From contig OZ316895.1 of the NCBI GenBank assembly GCA_973895155.1, positions 6,620,084-6,684,083 of the forward strand: a DNA stretch of 64,000 nucleotides, given 5' to 3'. This stretch comes from Marsupella aquatica (lineage: Eukaryota > Plantae > Marchantiophyta). How positions within the stretch are numbered: position 1 is the stretch's first letter; every line of letters begins with the position of its first letter. Shown in pieces: positions 26,561 to 39,844 of this stretch. The notes under the pieces were generated by a model. That model had not been told where the DNA came from and did no database searches. It saw only the letters and a program-made list of their open reading frames with translations. A program made the position numbers and the translations under genes.

Positions 26561-28301
26561 CGATGGACCCAAACAGGCTTGTGCAATTCACATGTGATAG
26601 GATACTTCTGTGCTAAATGAAGATCTGCTTTTTCCCACTCGTTTACTTCTGTGCTAAATGGAGATCTGCATTTTCCCAATAGTTTTGGGAGTGCTAAGGG
26701 CCGGTGTCCTTAGGGCTACCTACTTGCAGGTTGGCTCTAAGCATTCCCATCCGAAACGGTGGATATATGAGAAAGCCCAAACATGCAAGCGTTCTCGTCA
26801 GCTAACACCAGGAACGGACCACATTGCAAGACATGTTGAGAAGAAGAAAAAAAGCCATATAATACCCGGCGCAACGCATCGTTTATCCAAAACTTGCACT
26901 TTCACAAAAATTGGAGATGTGGAAAAACAAATTGAGTACTTCAGTAATTGGTGTGATTCTTTAGAAGAAAAGGACGGCAACACTAGGGTCAACACTAGGG
27001 AGTCATTGTGATTCTTTAGAAGAAAAGGACGGCAACTCTAGGGAGTCATTTGTTTCTTATCGATCCTTTGAAACTCCTGTATTTGAGGACCTGTAAGACT
27101 GTCGTGCATATTCCGGGCCTGCCGTGGCAGCAGACTGCAATTACCTTCCAGCCGGGAGAACATCGACGGAAAAATTAGAGAACATCTTGCCACCACTTCA
27201 AGGTGAGGAGAGAACCACGAGACTCCTCCAGCTGCCCGTCCTTGAATAAGAGTTGGAAGTCTCAATGTCTGAACTCTTATTCAAGCCGCAATGTTTCGTC
27301 GTCGGGATAATGATTGTTGTGGATCCTCAGCGTTGATGCTTATGCTTTAATTATCACTCCAACAGGGTTCCGCAAAAGTTTCTTGATGGCCGCTGATTTC
27401 CAGGATGACTAGAGGAATGCTCCAAGAGGCTCATGGTCTTGCTTTGCTTAGTCCACTAGTGGGAATTCTGAGTAAAATTCCTGTTCAGCTCTTCTCCCTT
27501 GCTTCTCTTTGCACCAGAAATAAACGAGGGACGGACAGAGAGCCAGAAGTGAACATTTGAACAACGGGTCCCACATGACGATGAGGTATGACTATCAGCG
27601 GTTGTGTCCTTTTCTACAAACCTTGCAGTGAAGTCCAAACAATTGATAGTAAAAGAAACCAGGAACAATATTAGTTGCAATCCTGAGCTTGTGTCGCTAA
27701 CCGGGGAATCGTTGAGTAGCTGTCAATGGCACCTCCTTAGGGAAAATGTAGAGATGTGGCAAGTCAAACTGAAATTCAGAGTTACACATTCGCCAGGACC
27801 GCCCTCGAAGCCTGACTGCAGTGCTAACATGGAATTGATGCAATTATGATCTGCGGAAACTGCATATCTTCAGTCTCTCAGATGTACCGGTACGGCAAGG
27901 ATGTGGGCATCACGAAAAGCCTTCCAGACAACACTAAACGCAATAGCATGCGATGTTTTAATGCGTTAACAAAGGACCAGCTTCTCGACAAAACTTACAT
28001 ATCACAATTAGTGCTAACATCCCATGCCAAGTAGACCGATTTGAAGGACCCGAAATTACATTTAACGAGGAGATGGAAGCAAACTATTTTCAGGTTCCTT
28101 CACCGTGTGACGGTAATATGTACAAGTTGAGGCAATGCCGAAACTTCCAATGTGAAACGTGCAGAGCAAAACAAAACATTTCTCCACTCCAAAGAAAACT
28201 AGAAGACTCTCTCAGAACAGCTGCAGACCAATGTGCAGTATTTCAAATTAAAGCTGTTGACAGTTCCAATCCGACGTAGGGACTTCTGCAAATGATGAGA
28301 C

Positions 28302-28571
28302 TCAGGACGCTGGGGCTGCTGGTACTGCCGGTGCAGGTGCGACTGGAAATGCGGACGCGCGTTCCAGCTCCTCTTTCAGCTGCTGGGAGAAGTCATCATT
28401 GACATCATCATCATCCCAGTCATCTTCCCACTGTTGCAGGGCGAGCTTCTCTCCTTCTTCATCATCCCACTCCTCATTCTCAAACTCCTCAAATTCATCA
28501 TCATCCTCAAACAGATCGAGTCTGGCATCCTCTGTAGGGTCCTTAGCGGCTGTTTCCGTAGGATTGGCCAT
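28302..28571 (-). CDS. DSS1: DSS1/SEM1 proteasome, BRCA2 and TREX-2 partner protein, 89 aa
   Basis: [12 protein letters not shown]...[22 protein letters not shown] signature; uninterrupted CDS; probable 5'-UTR intron at about 28583-29065 (CAG|GTAATT donor, TAG acceptor just before the ATG). Confidence 0.95.
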   Translation of the reverse strand: MANPTETAAKDPTEDARLDLFEDDDEFEEFENEEWDDEEGEKLALQQWEDDWDDDDVNDDFSQQLKEELERASAFPVAPAPAVPAAPAS

Positions 28572-29249
28572 TTACGAAACCCTAAGCTGCGATAAGAACC
28601 AGAGTTGAGAAAGGCTAAAAACGAACATACAGGAAACGCGAGGGCCAAGCGTCTTGCATCCGAGATAGTAATTATACAACCGGTCCAAACTCTACTTGAT
28701 GACCTCGCGGCACGTACTCCGCAATTCAACCTTTCACACAATCCATCTCTAGCTCGATCGACATGACGACTACCTCACGACACAGGGAAACGTCTCAAAA
28801 ACATACCCTAAACTCGAGCAAAGTCAGAACTTACATTAAAGACATCAACGACCGACAAAACCGATTCCCCCACTCAAAAACCACACGAGAGCAAAAACAT
28901 AGCGCATCCAGTCCCACGTACTCAATTCCTCTCTCAACCCCAAGAACCGAAAGATCAAAAGCAGAACAAAGTCACCTTCCCCTAAACCGTACAAGAAAAC
29001 AGTAAAACCGGGAGCAGAGCAATTCAATACAAAATTTTATGTGCAGGAGAGAAGCAGAAAATTACCTGTCGTCTCGAATGGAGAAGATATGAGACTGGTG
29101 CGATGGATCCACGATTTGCTCGAGAGTTCCTCGTCACCACTGTGCCCTTCGCTTCTCTAGTAGAGGTGACTCTCGTCGAGTGACCTTCAGCAGAGCGATA
29201 GTTGGACGAGGAACTTCGAGAGTCGAGACGTCTCCGGAAACGTCTCAAA

Positions 29250-31025
29250 CGACCTACCTTCAGATCACCTGGCGCCCAGAGCACTCTTTGTAAACTCGAA
29301 ATTCGCGTAGGTCATCTCTCCCGTATTCGAAACTTTAAATCATGCACCCATAGTATCATTGATGAAAGCTTGCAAAGTGATCATTTAGTACAGGTTTAGT
29401 ACATTAGGGTGTGTCAAACCATAAGTGAGCTAGGACTCAGGACAGATTTGCCATGGGCTACCCAAATACTTACCCCGTTAGGGTGGTACGTCCAGAAAAT
29501 AAAAGTTGTAACACTTTGGTTACGGGAAGACTTTGACACGCCCTATTAGACCCGGCACAAAGATGCCCCAAACCACCCACCTTCCGATCACGTGGCGCCC
29601 TTACTGCTTTTTGTAAACTCGAAATTCCCTTATGTCATTTCTCATAAACTTAAAATTTGAATCATGCACCCATAGTATCATGGATGAAAACTTGCAAAGT
29701 GATCATTTAGTACAGGTTTTTGTACGAGGTATATGCTTGATAGAACATATTGTACGAGGTATATGCTTGATTTGACATTTGTCAAAACAAATTTATATGA
29801 CAAGCCCGTACCACTTTTGTTACAAATTAGGCCCCCCACAAAAATGTTGTTTACCAAGTAGACCCCGGGCTACATAGGTTCCATACACATGGTTCTTATG
29901 TGGTGCCTAAATGCATGGTAAATCATACATTTCCCACCACAATCCATTGCACATTGCATCACAGTCCACCACATGTATGTCTATGCTTAAAGACATAATG
30001 TATTATGTCTTCACATGATTATAGAGTTCTGAGGGATCCACCGCTACAGGATAGTGCATTCGTACAATATTTAGTCTAAACATTTGGTCTAGTTCTTGCG
30101 AGCTAGCAAAATTTTCCGATTGTGATTGAGTCCAGAGTGTCTTTGTTTCACACTTACACAATGATTGAAAGTTGCAACAAGGGGAAACAGCCAAAGGTGA
30201 AAGATCCTTAGTTCCTTCTATACTAAGATAAATTTTGGGTCTAGATGTGAGAAGACAAATTATAAACATTGCAACAGGGACCAAAAACCAGAAGTAGAGG
30301 ATTTATTGAATACTTAGACAAAAGATCTATCAAAGAGAAACGTTGAAACATCATCTAAACCCTATGGACATGTTTTGTGAATTGAAATAACCTAAAGACA
30401 GAATTCAAACTTGAAGACATGAACCATGTTGTCTTCACTTAGGAACTTGCAATTCTCACGACGGCCGACATTATTCCACGGTACCCCCAACGGTGTAGGT
30501 TGTTATCAAGCGTGGCTTGACTCTAAACTTTACAGTAGGCAGCTCTTATTGGTGATGATATCAATCTAAAACTCCTTATAGTAACTTTACAAGAACATCT
30601 AGAGGGGGCCTAGTGTGTAACAAAACTTTCATAAGGGCCACCTAAATTTCTTTTGGCAGGGGTTCCATCTAGCATCTACCTTTGTTTTGTACATTACACC
30701 TAGAATGTCCCAAACGACCCACCTTCGGATCACGTGGTGCCATCGCACTCTTTGTAAACTCCAAATTCATGTAGGTCATCTCTTGTGCATTCTAAACTTT
30801 AATAATGCACCCATAGTCTCAACATTGAATAGGTAAAAATTGCAAACTGATCATCTACAGTAGTACAGAATCAGTATTTGGAAACATCTCAAACTACCCA
30901 CCTTCAGATCACCTGGCGCCCATAGTGCTCTTGTAAGCTAGAGTTCCTGTAGGTCATCTCTCCTGTATTCAAACCTTTAATCATGCACCCATGGTATCAA
31001 CAATGAATAGGTAACCTTGCAAACT
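29250..31025. repeat. Four dispersed copies of a ~140-bp unit (about 29250, 29575, 30715, 30895)
   Basis: Each copy has ccttc(a/c/g)gatcac(c/g)tgg(c/t)gcc...ttgtaa...gtcat...atgcacccat(a/g)gt...ttgcaaa. Confidence 0.75.
29756..30350 (-). mobile_element. Truncated, diverged inverted copy of the right arm of the 33710-35831 element
   Basis: Starts GAGGTATATGCTTGA (terminus also duplicated at about 29726) and aligns by eye with the reverse complement of about 35270-35831. Confidence 0.65.
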
Positions 31026-31999
31026 TAGGGTTTATGAGGGAATTTTTAGTGTATGAAATGTAGTTCAATATAACTGAAATGCAAGGATGCATATATATTA
31101 ACATATTCTAACAAAGAGTTGGCAACATTGAAAAAATAAATAATGACCTAAAGAGGGGGTAAAGAAAAGGGAAATTTACAAAAACTAAGAGTTTAAAATT
31201 GACTTTAATAGTACAAATAGCAAAATATGTCCTCATGTAACAATGTCATTGCGCAAAACATGTTGTTGTCTAAAAGATGTTTGCGGATAAATGTTGTTGC
31301 GCAAGACAACTTCATGTAAATGATGTTATTCTTGTCCCATCCATGCCAAGAGTCATTTAGAACCTGGTTATGTTTTTTATTTGCTTTCATACCCTGGTTT
31401 CAATTGGTAATTTAGAGTCTGATTTTTTTTTATTAAATTGGCACATCAAAGAAAGTCGCCCCCTTCTCTCCCCAAAGGATTAAAAAGCCACACCGCACAA
31501 CACCAAAAAAACAAATAGGGCCTACCAGAAAGCTAAATAATAATAAAACCCCCAAAAAACTAACTCTTTAGTTTTAAAAAATGGAAAGAGGTCTAACCTT
31601 TCTAAAAGATACATATAACCTTGTAATGGAACAAAAATGTCAAACCAGGGAAACAGGGTCCCAAAGGCAAAGCAACCAATAAAGTGAAAAGGGAGGGGGC
31701 AAATGTTAAACCGGGAAACAGAGTCCCAACGACAAAGGAACCCAATAAAGGGAAAAAGGGGGGGGGGGGAAGCCCAGAGTGGACCAAAGAGGCCCAGCCA
31801 GCCAAGGGGTCCTCCACAAACAAAAGGAACCAACTAAAAGAGGGCAAAACTATTCAAAATGTCTTATGTCATGCACACGTAATCAGTAATGACGAAATGT
31901 AAGCTACACATGTATAGCTTGCTACCTAATGTACTTTGTCTTAGACACCTATTTCTATGAACATTGAACTTTATAGCTTGTCCCATGGAAACTCATGGA

Positions 32000-32312
32000 A
32001 TGCATCTGAAGGCTCTCATAGATTCTCTCCAAAACTAAATTTGCAAGTGGTAGACCCACCATTTTAGGCAGGATTAGATGTTATTTTAGTTGATTCATGA
32101 ACATTGAACAATTCCAGATAGTGAATTCTCGACCTAAGATTTAAAACAGAGAACTCAGGGAATGCATCTGACTCTCAGAGATTCCCTTTAAAACTAAATT
32201 CGCAAACCAAGGGACCCACCATTTTGTGTGGGATTAGATATTATAGTAGTTGATTCATGAACTTTATTCAATTCTAGATAGGGAATTCTCTACCTAAGAT
32301 CTAAAACAGAGA
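32000..32312. repeat. Two-copy diverged tandem duplication of about 162 bp
   Basis: aatgcatctga...aaaactaaatt...gacccaccatttt...ggattagat...acctaagat(t/c)taaaacagaga occurs twice. Confidence 0.75.
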
Positions 32313-33709
32313 GGTGGGAATTTCAGTTTATGTACAGTGAAATGTGTTCATCGATTTGGAGAAAATTCCTCAAATCTTGATCCATAGATTGCCACAAAGG
32401 AATGCAAATTGACTGTTTGGAAAATGAAAACTCTTGAACACTTTGCATAAGTAAAACTTGGGTAAACTTACCATACAAAATCTATTTTGAATTTAGGTCA
32501 AACATCATTTGGCAGATCTATCTGCGCAACTCACTGACAATAGTTCCAGGGATTGTAGTGTGTAGGGTTTCAGCTTGCAAGAAAGTATGCACAAGTAATT
32601 CTTTGAAATGAGACAAAGGACTAGAATTCTGAATGAAAGTCAAAAAATTTGAGAAACGTCAAAGAATGAAGGAAGTGTCCAGAATTACAGAGTCCCCACA
32701 GTAGATCATTGAAGGGCTCTGATTCCAACGCACCTTACGTAGACTTTTTCTATTTGTATCTTTGATTGCATAAATTTTCCATCCTACCTCCCTTCTTTTG
32801 AGGAGGAGATTATGCAAAAAACCTTAAATCCACTAGTATGTAAAATAAATTAGTTCGAGGACCCCCTGAGACAGATAAACTTGAATACATTTAACAAATT
32901 GGATCAATGAAAGAACACTCTTGCCCATCCCTTCATTCATAGTGAAAATGAGAGCTACGGGTATATATATCTGGAGTTGTGGTTTAAGGGTTGCCCAACT
33001 TGCAAGACATTTGCCTACTCCATCTGTTAGTACGAGGAATTGTCAAATAATGTACGCAGGATTGTTTGTAACTTGCAGGAGTGATTTAATATTTCTACTA
33101 AATTCACCAAAAACTGGCTTGGGTGAGAGGGCAAATTGCCAGATCTAAGAGTATAAGGGTAGCCATTAGCTTTGTCATGTTATCTCAAGTCATCAAGCCA
33201 TTCCCTTTGTCATCTCAAGCCATCTAAAACGTACCATCTACAACTGCGGTACCACTTGGAAACCCAACAGTTTGTTTACTTCACCAAATACTTATTACAA
33301 AACCTTGGAAGCCCAACAGTTTGTTTCTACTTCCTCTAGCCATGTCTATTTAAAAATCTCTGGAAATTAGAAAAATCTAACATTTAATGCAAAACACTGA
33401 TATATCAATTCTAGAACTTTCAAATGTTAATTACTCTTTACCTCATTTTTTGTTTGTTTCAACTTTACTCTTCAGTTTTTTATCATTTTTATAGTTATCG
33501 GGATTGACAGTTTTTTATTGCCTTGTCACAAACACGAACCATCAGGTTTTGTTCTTCTTTCACATCTTGATTTTCTTGTTTGTGGTCATTCCTGCTGATG
33601 TGGCAACGTGGTGTCAGGGATTTTGGAAGGAACTTCCCATGGGGGTCTGTAAAAAATATTTTTACAACATAAACCAAAATAAAAGATTATCTTCAAAATG
33701 AAAGATACT

Positions 33710-35831
33710 GAGGTATATGCTTGAATGATGTTTCACACCATTCTAGGTAGCATTAATTAGAGTATATCGTGTTGTCCAAGTTTATATGTTTTGTATGTGT
33801 GTTATATAAGCGGATCAAGTTCACTTCATGTTTGTGAGGGATAGTTATCCCTTGTTGTGGCTCAAAGGCCTCACTTCTTTGATGTTGAGCCTTTGAGCAT
33901 GAGCTCTGGCAACTATGGTGTGGCCAGCCAGTTTAGTGTATACGTAATGTGTATTCCTTGGAGCGCGACGTGCGTTTGGCTTGATATCTGTATGTGATCG
34001 TTTTGGACAGGATCAGATGTTTGATTGGCGTCGATCGTGGTTTGTTTGTGTTGAGCAGGGTGTTGAGATTATTGTGGGTTTCAGACATGTGTGAATATGA
34101 GTTTCACTTGTATTTCATTCTCTTGTGTTTTATTGGAGTTTTTTTATTGGGTTTAGTGAAATACTTTTAAATTTTTGTTGAAGAACATTAGGGTTATTTT
34201 AATCCAATTTTGAGAATTATAAAAATCATAGGGTTTTTTAAAATCAAATATGAGAATATTCTTGAAATATTCCATTAAGTTAGGGGTAAAAAAATTACTA
34301 GAAAAAACTTTATTGACTTAAGTTTTAGGGTGTTTATTCCCCCAAAACTTCGAGCCTGATATGGGACACCCCTTGGATTGAGGCCCCCGAGAGTTCATCA
34401 ACAACATAATTCATAAAGGTGAGACAATCGAGAGCCCTTGACGCTGAGGTTTGGAGGGACTGAGATTTCTTCCATTAGCAAATAAGCCATATCCCATATC
34501 AGGTACAATTAATAAAGGAGAGCTTTACTATCCACAAATGACCTCAAAGTCCTATTGGTTGCTCCAAGGGAGTGCTAGTCAGAGGAGAATTTGAATAGAT
34601 CACACAAAAATCAGATGTCATGATACAACAAAATCCATCAAGAATGGGTCCAAATTATGGGTCTAAATAATTCAAGAAGTGTATAAAATTCCCAAACACT
34701 CCAAGTCAAACATTAGAAGTACTAAGCTTGCATGTACAATGCAAGGAATATAAACCACCAAGTTAAGCTCATGCTTGAGGAATATTTAGCCATTGGGATG
34801 GGTGACCAATTAGTTGGTAAATGGGAGAGATCTAATGGGTGAAATCTAAAGGGAGAGAGGGGTGACCGTATGCTCCCGCTCCAATAGATATCTTATGCTT
34901 TATCCCATTTTAATTGTTTTGGATTTTCCCATGCTCCCACCATCGGATTTTCCCATGCTCTCACCATCGGACTTTCCCATTCTCCCACATCGGACTTTCC
35001 CATTCTCCCAGCATCGGACTTTCCCATGCTCTCACCATCGGACTTTCCGATAGAAGTCCGATTGTCGATATCTGATACTATTAACATGGCATATTACGAC
35101 GTTGGAAGAATCGGATATATGATTTTTTCAGATTTTATTTTCCAAAGGCGTCCGAGTCAGAAAAAGGAGGCAAAATGTACTAGTGGTTTGAATTCCTATT
35201 ATACCATGTGTCTTTAGGTTGCTTCACTCAACTTATGCACACGGTTTGCATGATGGTTTTTTACGTTTCTCTTTGTTCTTTTGTCTAAGTATAGAAAAAA
35301 TCCTCTACTTTTGGCCTTTGGCTCATATAGAAATGTTCAAAAGTTGTCCAAGTGTGGAACAAAGACAACATGGATATTGTCTTCTCACATGTAGACCCTA
35401 AATTTGTCTAAGTATGAAAGGAACCAATGATCTTTTACTTTTGGCTGTTTGCTCTTGTTCCAACTTTCAAAAATTGTTGTGTGAAACAAAGACAATATGG
35501 AATCAAGTCTAATGGGACTAGACTAAATATTGTACAAACTCGATGTCATGTAGGAGTGGATTCACTAAAACTCAATCATCATGTGAAAACATAATCCATG
35601 ATGTCCTCAAATATAGAGGTACACATGGGGACACAACAAGCTATGGAGTGCGGTGGAAACTGACGGTTGACCATGGCATTGAACATTTGGCAGTGGAACC
35701 ATGTGTAGGACCTATGTAGGGGGACCTAATTTGTAACGCCCCTTTTCTGGTGGGCCTAGTTTGTAACACAACTTTAGTATGGGTCTATTGTGTACAAATG
35801 TGTTGGCAAGGTCCCATCAAGCATATACCTC
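33710..35831. mobile_element. Non-autonomous TIR element, probably Mutator-like (2.1 kb)
   Basis: 15-bp perfect TIR GAGGTATATGCTTGA...TCAAGCATATACCTC; flanks gaaagatact and aaaagatgct match 8 of 10, consistent with a decayed 9-10 bp TSD; no coding capacity seen. Confidence 0.7.
34921..35048. repeat. 23-24 bp minisatellite, about 5 copies, inside the Mutator-like element
   Basis: gga(c/t)tttcccat(g/t)ctc(c/t)caccatc units in tandem. Confidence 0.85.
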
Positions 35832-38282
35832 AAAAGATGCTATACCCCTCCAACTACTTCCTATTTGTCTAAAGAAAATTTATAAACTCTAGTTTTAATT
35901 ACTTTTATGCTTTTGGACCAATTGCATGGCCCTTTAATCTATTTCATAAGTTACTGTTTTTGCCTGTTCCAAAAAGTCACTCAAGTTTTCACCAATGTTA
36001 ATTTTCTGGTTACCAGGATTGTGAGAATAAAGCCCCTACCAGCCCCCTTTTTGGAGGCATAATATTTTACAATGCCCTCCAACCATCACATTAGGTATAC
36101 TTTGAACGCCACTAGTCATGGAAAGGGGGAAGAGTGTCCCCCCCTTTTCCCATTGTACTCATTCTTCTCCTGTCCCAAGCCATTTGCTCCACAATTTCAG
36201 AAAAATGGTACTGTTTATGGCTAGACCTAATGATCAGGCTTTTGTCATTGCTAATGGTGGTTTAAATATATAATGATGTTCTGGTCAGACTTTAATGATT
36301 CTCTATACACATTACGGAAGGAGTTGGAGGCGTAGAGTATCTTCCAATCTGGAAACAATCTTTTACTTTATTTTATGCGGTAGAGTGGAATCTTACCACG
36401 TCAATATTTTGTTTTATGTGGTAAGATTACTCCTCAAAAGAAGGGTGGTAACATGGAAAGTTAATGCACCCAAAAAGAGAAAAATAAAAACAGTCTTAAG
36501 GTAATTACAAGGGTAAGCGCCTGCCGCCTGGACTTTTCTGTGGTTAGATGTAACTAATTCAATTTACCTAGGTGGAATTTAACCACGAGTTCAAACTTGT
36601 CTGAAACATTCATCAGTCTAAATAGGGATGTGCAGACATTCTGTCCAAACAAGTTAGTACCAAAAGAAGCACCTGTCCACCTTTATGGACAGCCTTATTG
36701 TTTCTAACGTTAAAAGTTAACAAAAACAGGAGGACATGTAATTTTGATGTAAATACTGACTTGCCACAAAAACAGGAGAACTTTTATTCGATTACTAACA
36801 ATGATCAAAGCACACATAAATAGGGGTACACAAACTTATTATACTAGCAAACATGCATGTCAGTAGTCACATTAGAACAAAAGGTTATTGATAATGTTTT
36901 GAAAATTCAACTACTTAATTGCAATAGAAAGCTACTCTTCAGAGCCTATATAATTGCAATAAAAAACACTGCTCTTCAGGGCCTTCTATCTAGAGTGACG
37001 TCTTTAAGTGTGACTCTTGGGCCTAACCTAAGTTGGGGTTCAAGTAGAGAACAGAGATTGCCACAAGGTGAGTCTCCGAAAAGCGGTGCTTCAACTTTGG
37101 GGTGGAAGGCTTGTTGGGCCTTCCACTCTGCTTTCACGGCCCTCGTGTAGACTGAAGGAGTCGTGTAGACTGGTTCCTTCAGTTAACGGTTGTCTCCGGG
37201 CTGACCTACAAACTAGAAATGAGAGGCACAGCGTTTGCAAAGCCTTCGTTTTGACCAGCAAGAGAAGCTTGATTCGCTGGAAAGTGTCGACCAGCAGAAA
37301 GGTGGAAAGGTACTTGAAAACTTTCGCCAGCAGAACAGGTGGAAAGTTACTTGAAGAGTCTCGACCAGCAGAAAAGGTGGAAAGCTCCTTTTATGCTGGT
37401 CGAAGCTTTTATTACGCCTTCCCTCTTTTTTGGGCAAATTGTGGAGTTCTGGCAGCGTTGCATGTCCTTTGTTTCGTCTAACACCACACTGCGAGAACAT
37501 TATTATGCACAAGTCTAGGGACTTGTCCGTTAGTGCCCCGGAGGACATAAGCCCTGGAGGAGATGAGCTTCGCGGTCTCGAGGTTCTGTTCCAGGTTGGA
37601 CCATTTGAGACTTGGGCAGTGTCATAAGTATGCTTACACTCACATAGCTATACTAGTTTCAAACCACATTGAATTGCGTGTGACTTTGCAAAATGACTTG
37701 ATCCAAACTGGCAACCTTAGGCCAACCTACAGATTCGATTCATTGATGAAGTTTGTCTCCCTCTGTCCACCGGTACCGTCATTTCTGTATTCATTTTGTC
37801 GTTCAGCTCGAATCTGGTGATGTATGCAATAATACGACGATGGGTGTTCCACTTTTGATAGATATTTGACCAAGCATATATCAACAGCGCCTAATGGCCA
37901 AAACGTCAAACCGGGAGGCAGGTGCCAATGGCAAAGCAGACCAATAAAGGGGGTGGAAAAGTTGACCGGTCCCATTGGCAAAGCAGCCCAATATATAAAG
38001 GGGGTGACCAATCAAGTTCATTTTGATTCTTCTTTGAGCACGGTCATCGTACGTAGGTCTTGTGGTCCATTTGGGTCAGCTTGCAGTTGCATCAGTGGTC
38101 CTCCCCACTCCCTCCCACATTGCCAGATTTCCCTTGTCTTTTTTCGGTCTTTACAGCTTTTGAATATAGAGCATCCCCTCTCTGGTCTTTGCTGCCCAAT
38201 AGTGAGCCGCAAATAACATGGAGCTCAGTGTAGTAGGTACAAGGTTTCAGTGGAGAGGGGTTTAGGGTTTAAGAGCCAACTA

Positions 38283-38450
38283 CACTCTTTACAGTATTTA
38301 GTGTCACAAAACAATTAGTGTCACTAACAAATAGTGTCACATACACTAATTAGAGGTAGCTCTGACTTGATTTTCAGCCAAGTGACACTATATACCGCCA
38401 CCCTTAATTTTGAAAAATAAATTAATATATTGATAATTAGAGGTGACACT
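38283..38450 (+). repeat. Left TIR plus subterminal TAGTGTCAC/GTGACACTA repeats
   Basis: tagtgtcac at about 38299, 38316 and 38332; inverted gtgacact at about 38382 and 38442. Confidence 0.85.
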
Positions 38451-39174
38451 GTTATTACCCTAAACTGCTCTCACTCCAAAGTTATCCAAACTACCAACAA
38501 CATCTCTTTGTGTGTATGTTCTTAGAAAGTTTCTTTCTGTTTAATCTTGTTAGTCTTTGTGAAAGGAGGTTGATAGATTTATAACATGGTGGGATTGGAT
38601 TGGCTGTCATAGTTGGATTTGCTAGCACAAGTGAAAGAGAATCAAGACTATATCAAAATGTCACTAGTAATTAGTTTGCATCTCATTTGGGTTATCCTCG
38701 CTGCATTTCAAAAAATGATAAATGAAGACTTAAAAAATGTGGGGATTGGGACACGGGGCACATCTGGGAAATTGATAAATCCAGGCAAACATGAAGGCAA
38801 ACATTGATTTTTGACATTGGCAAGGGACTTTGTAGCTGAGGTGAACAGTTCTGTTGACAGACATGACATGTCTTATGCACAAAATTCAATGATAAACTTA
38901 CACCAATTTGTCTCTAAATGTCAATGGTTTATAGTCTGAAAATCAACTTACACCTGAAACCCCAATTTAAGGAATACTGAAGTATTAGATTAATTCCAAT
39001 TTTATCTAAATATTATTAGTTAATGAATGATCAACCTCTTTAACATTTGGTGGGATAATCAAAAACTAAAAATGTTTTGTTGCAAGATCTTTATAACAAT
39101 GCATCACTAAATGACATCAAGTACCTCTTGATCCATGCACAAATCCTTAATTAAACTGTCATTCATTGTTTCAA

Positions 39175-39750
39175 TTGTCTATTTAATTATTATAGGGTTG
39201 AATACAAAAAAGATTGACACGCACCAGGGTGCATGACCTACAATCATAGTAAGTACCACCCTTTAATTAGTTAGTTTCTTTACAACAATTAATAGGATTG
39301 TTGTATATTACAATGTCTACTGGACATTCATTTGAATGTCAATAATATCATGCCTTAATATCACCAAACTAAGGCCCCACTAACTAATATTATATCTTAA
39401 ATAAACTAACCAACTAACTAACTTGTCTATTTAATTACTATAGGGTTGAATACAAAAAATATTGACACGCACAGGGTGCGTGACCTACAATCATAGTATC
39501 ACCCTTTAATTAGTTAGTTTCTATTGCTTTGACTCAATCAGGCATGGAACCATATAAAATCAGAAATCATTGAAAGTTGAGTTCACTTGAAGGTGTAACT
39601 ATAATTATAATTTATTAATAGGATTGTTGTATATTACAATGTCTACTCGACATTCATTTGATTGTCAATAATATCATGCCTTAATATCACCAAACTAAGG
39701 CCCCACTAACTAATATTATATCTTAAATAAACTAACCAACTAACTAACTT
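39175..39750. repeat. Local duplication of 250-320 bp downstream of the transposase stop
   Basis: ttgtctatttaatta...tgacctacaatcatagta and ttaataggattgttg...aactaaccaactaactaactt each occur twice. Confidence 0.75.
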
Positions 39751-39844
39751 AGACAATAAGACTTGTCTAAACTTGAGTTCTCTGGCTACTACTATTCTGA
39801 GTTGCCTTTTAAACTGTATGCTAAACTACATGCTTCATTAGTGT

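Noticed and set aside
36857-38216. Cluster of short overlapping ORFs with repeated tcgaccagcagaa motifs
   Set aside because: No recognisable domain or consistent frame; likely an old repeat remnant
38258-38271. Telomere-like gggtttagggttta next to the left TIR (also at about 10279 and 41200)
   Set aside because: Only two units; such telo-box-length matches are common in plant DNA and do not show telomere targeting
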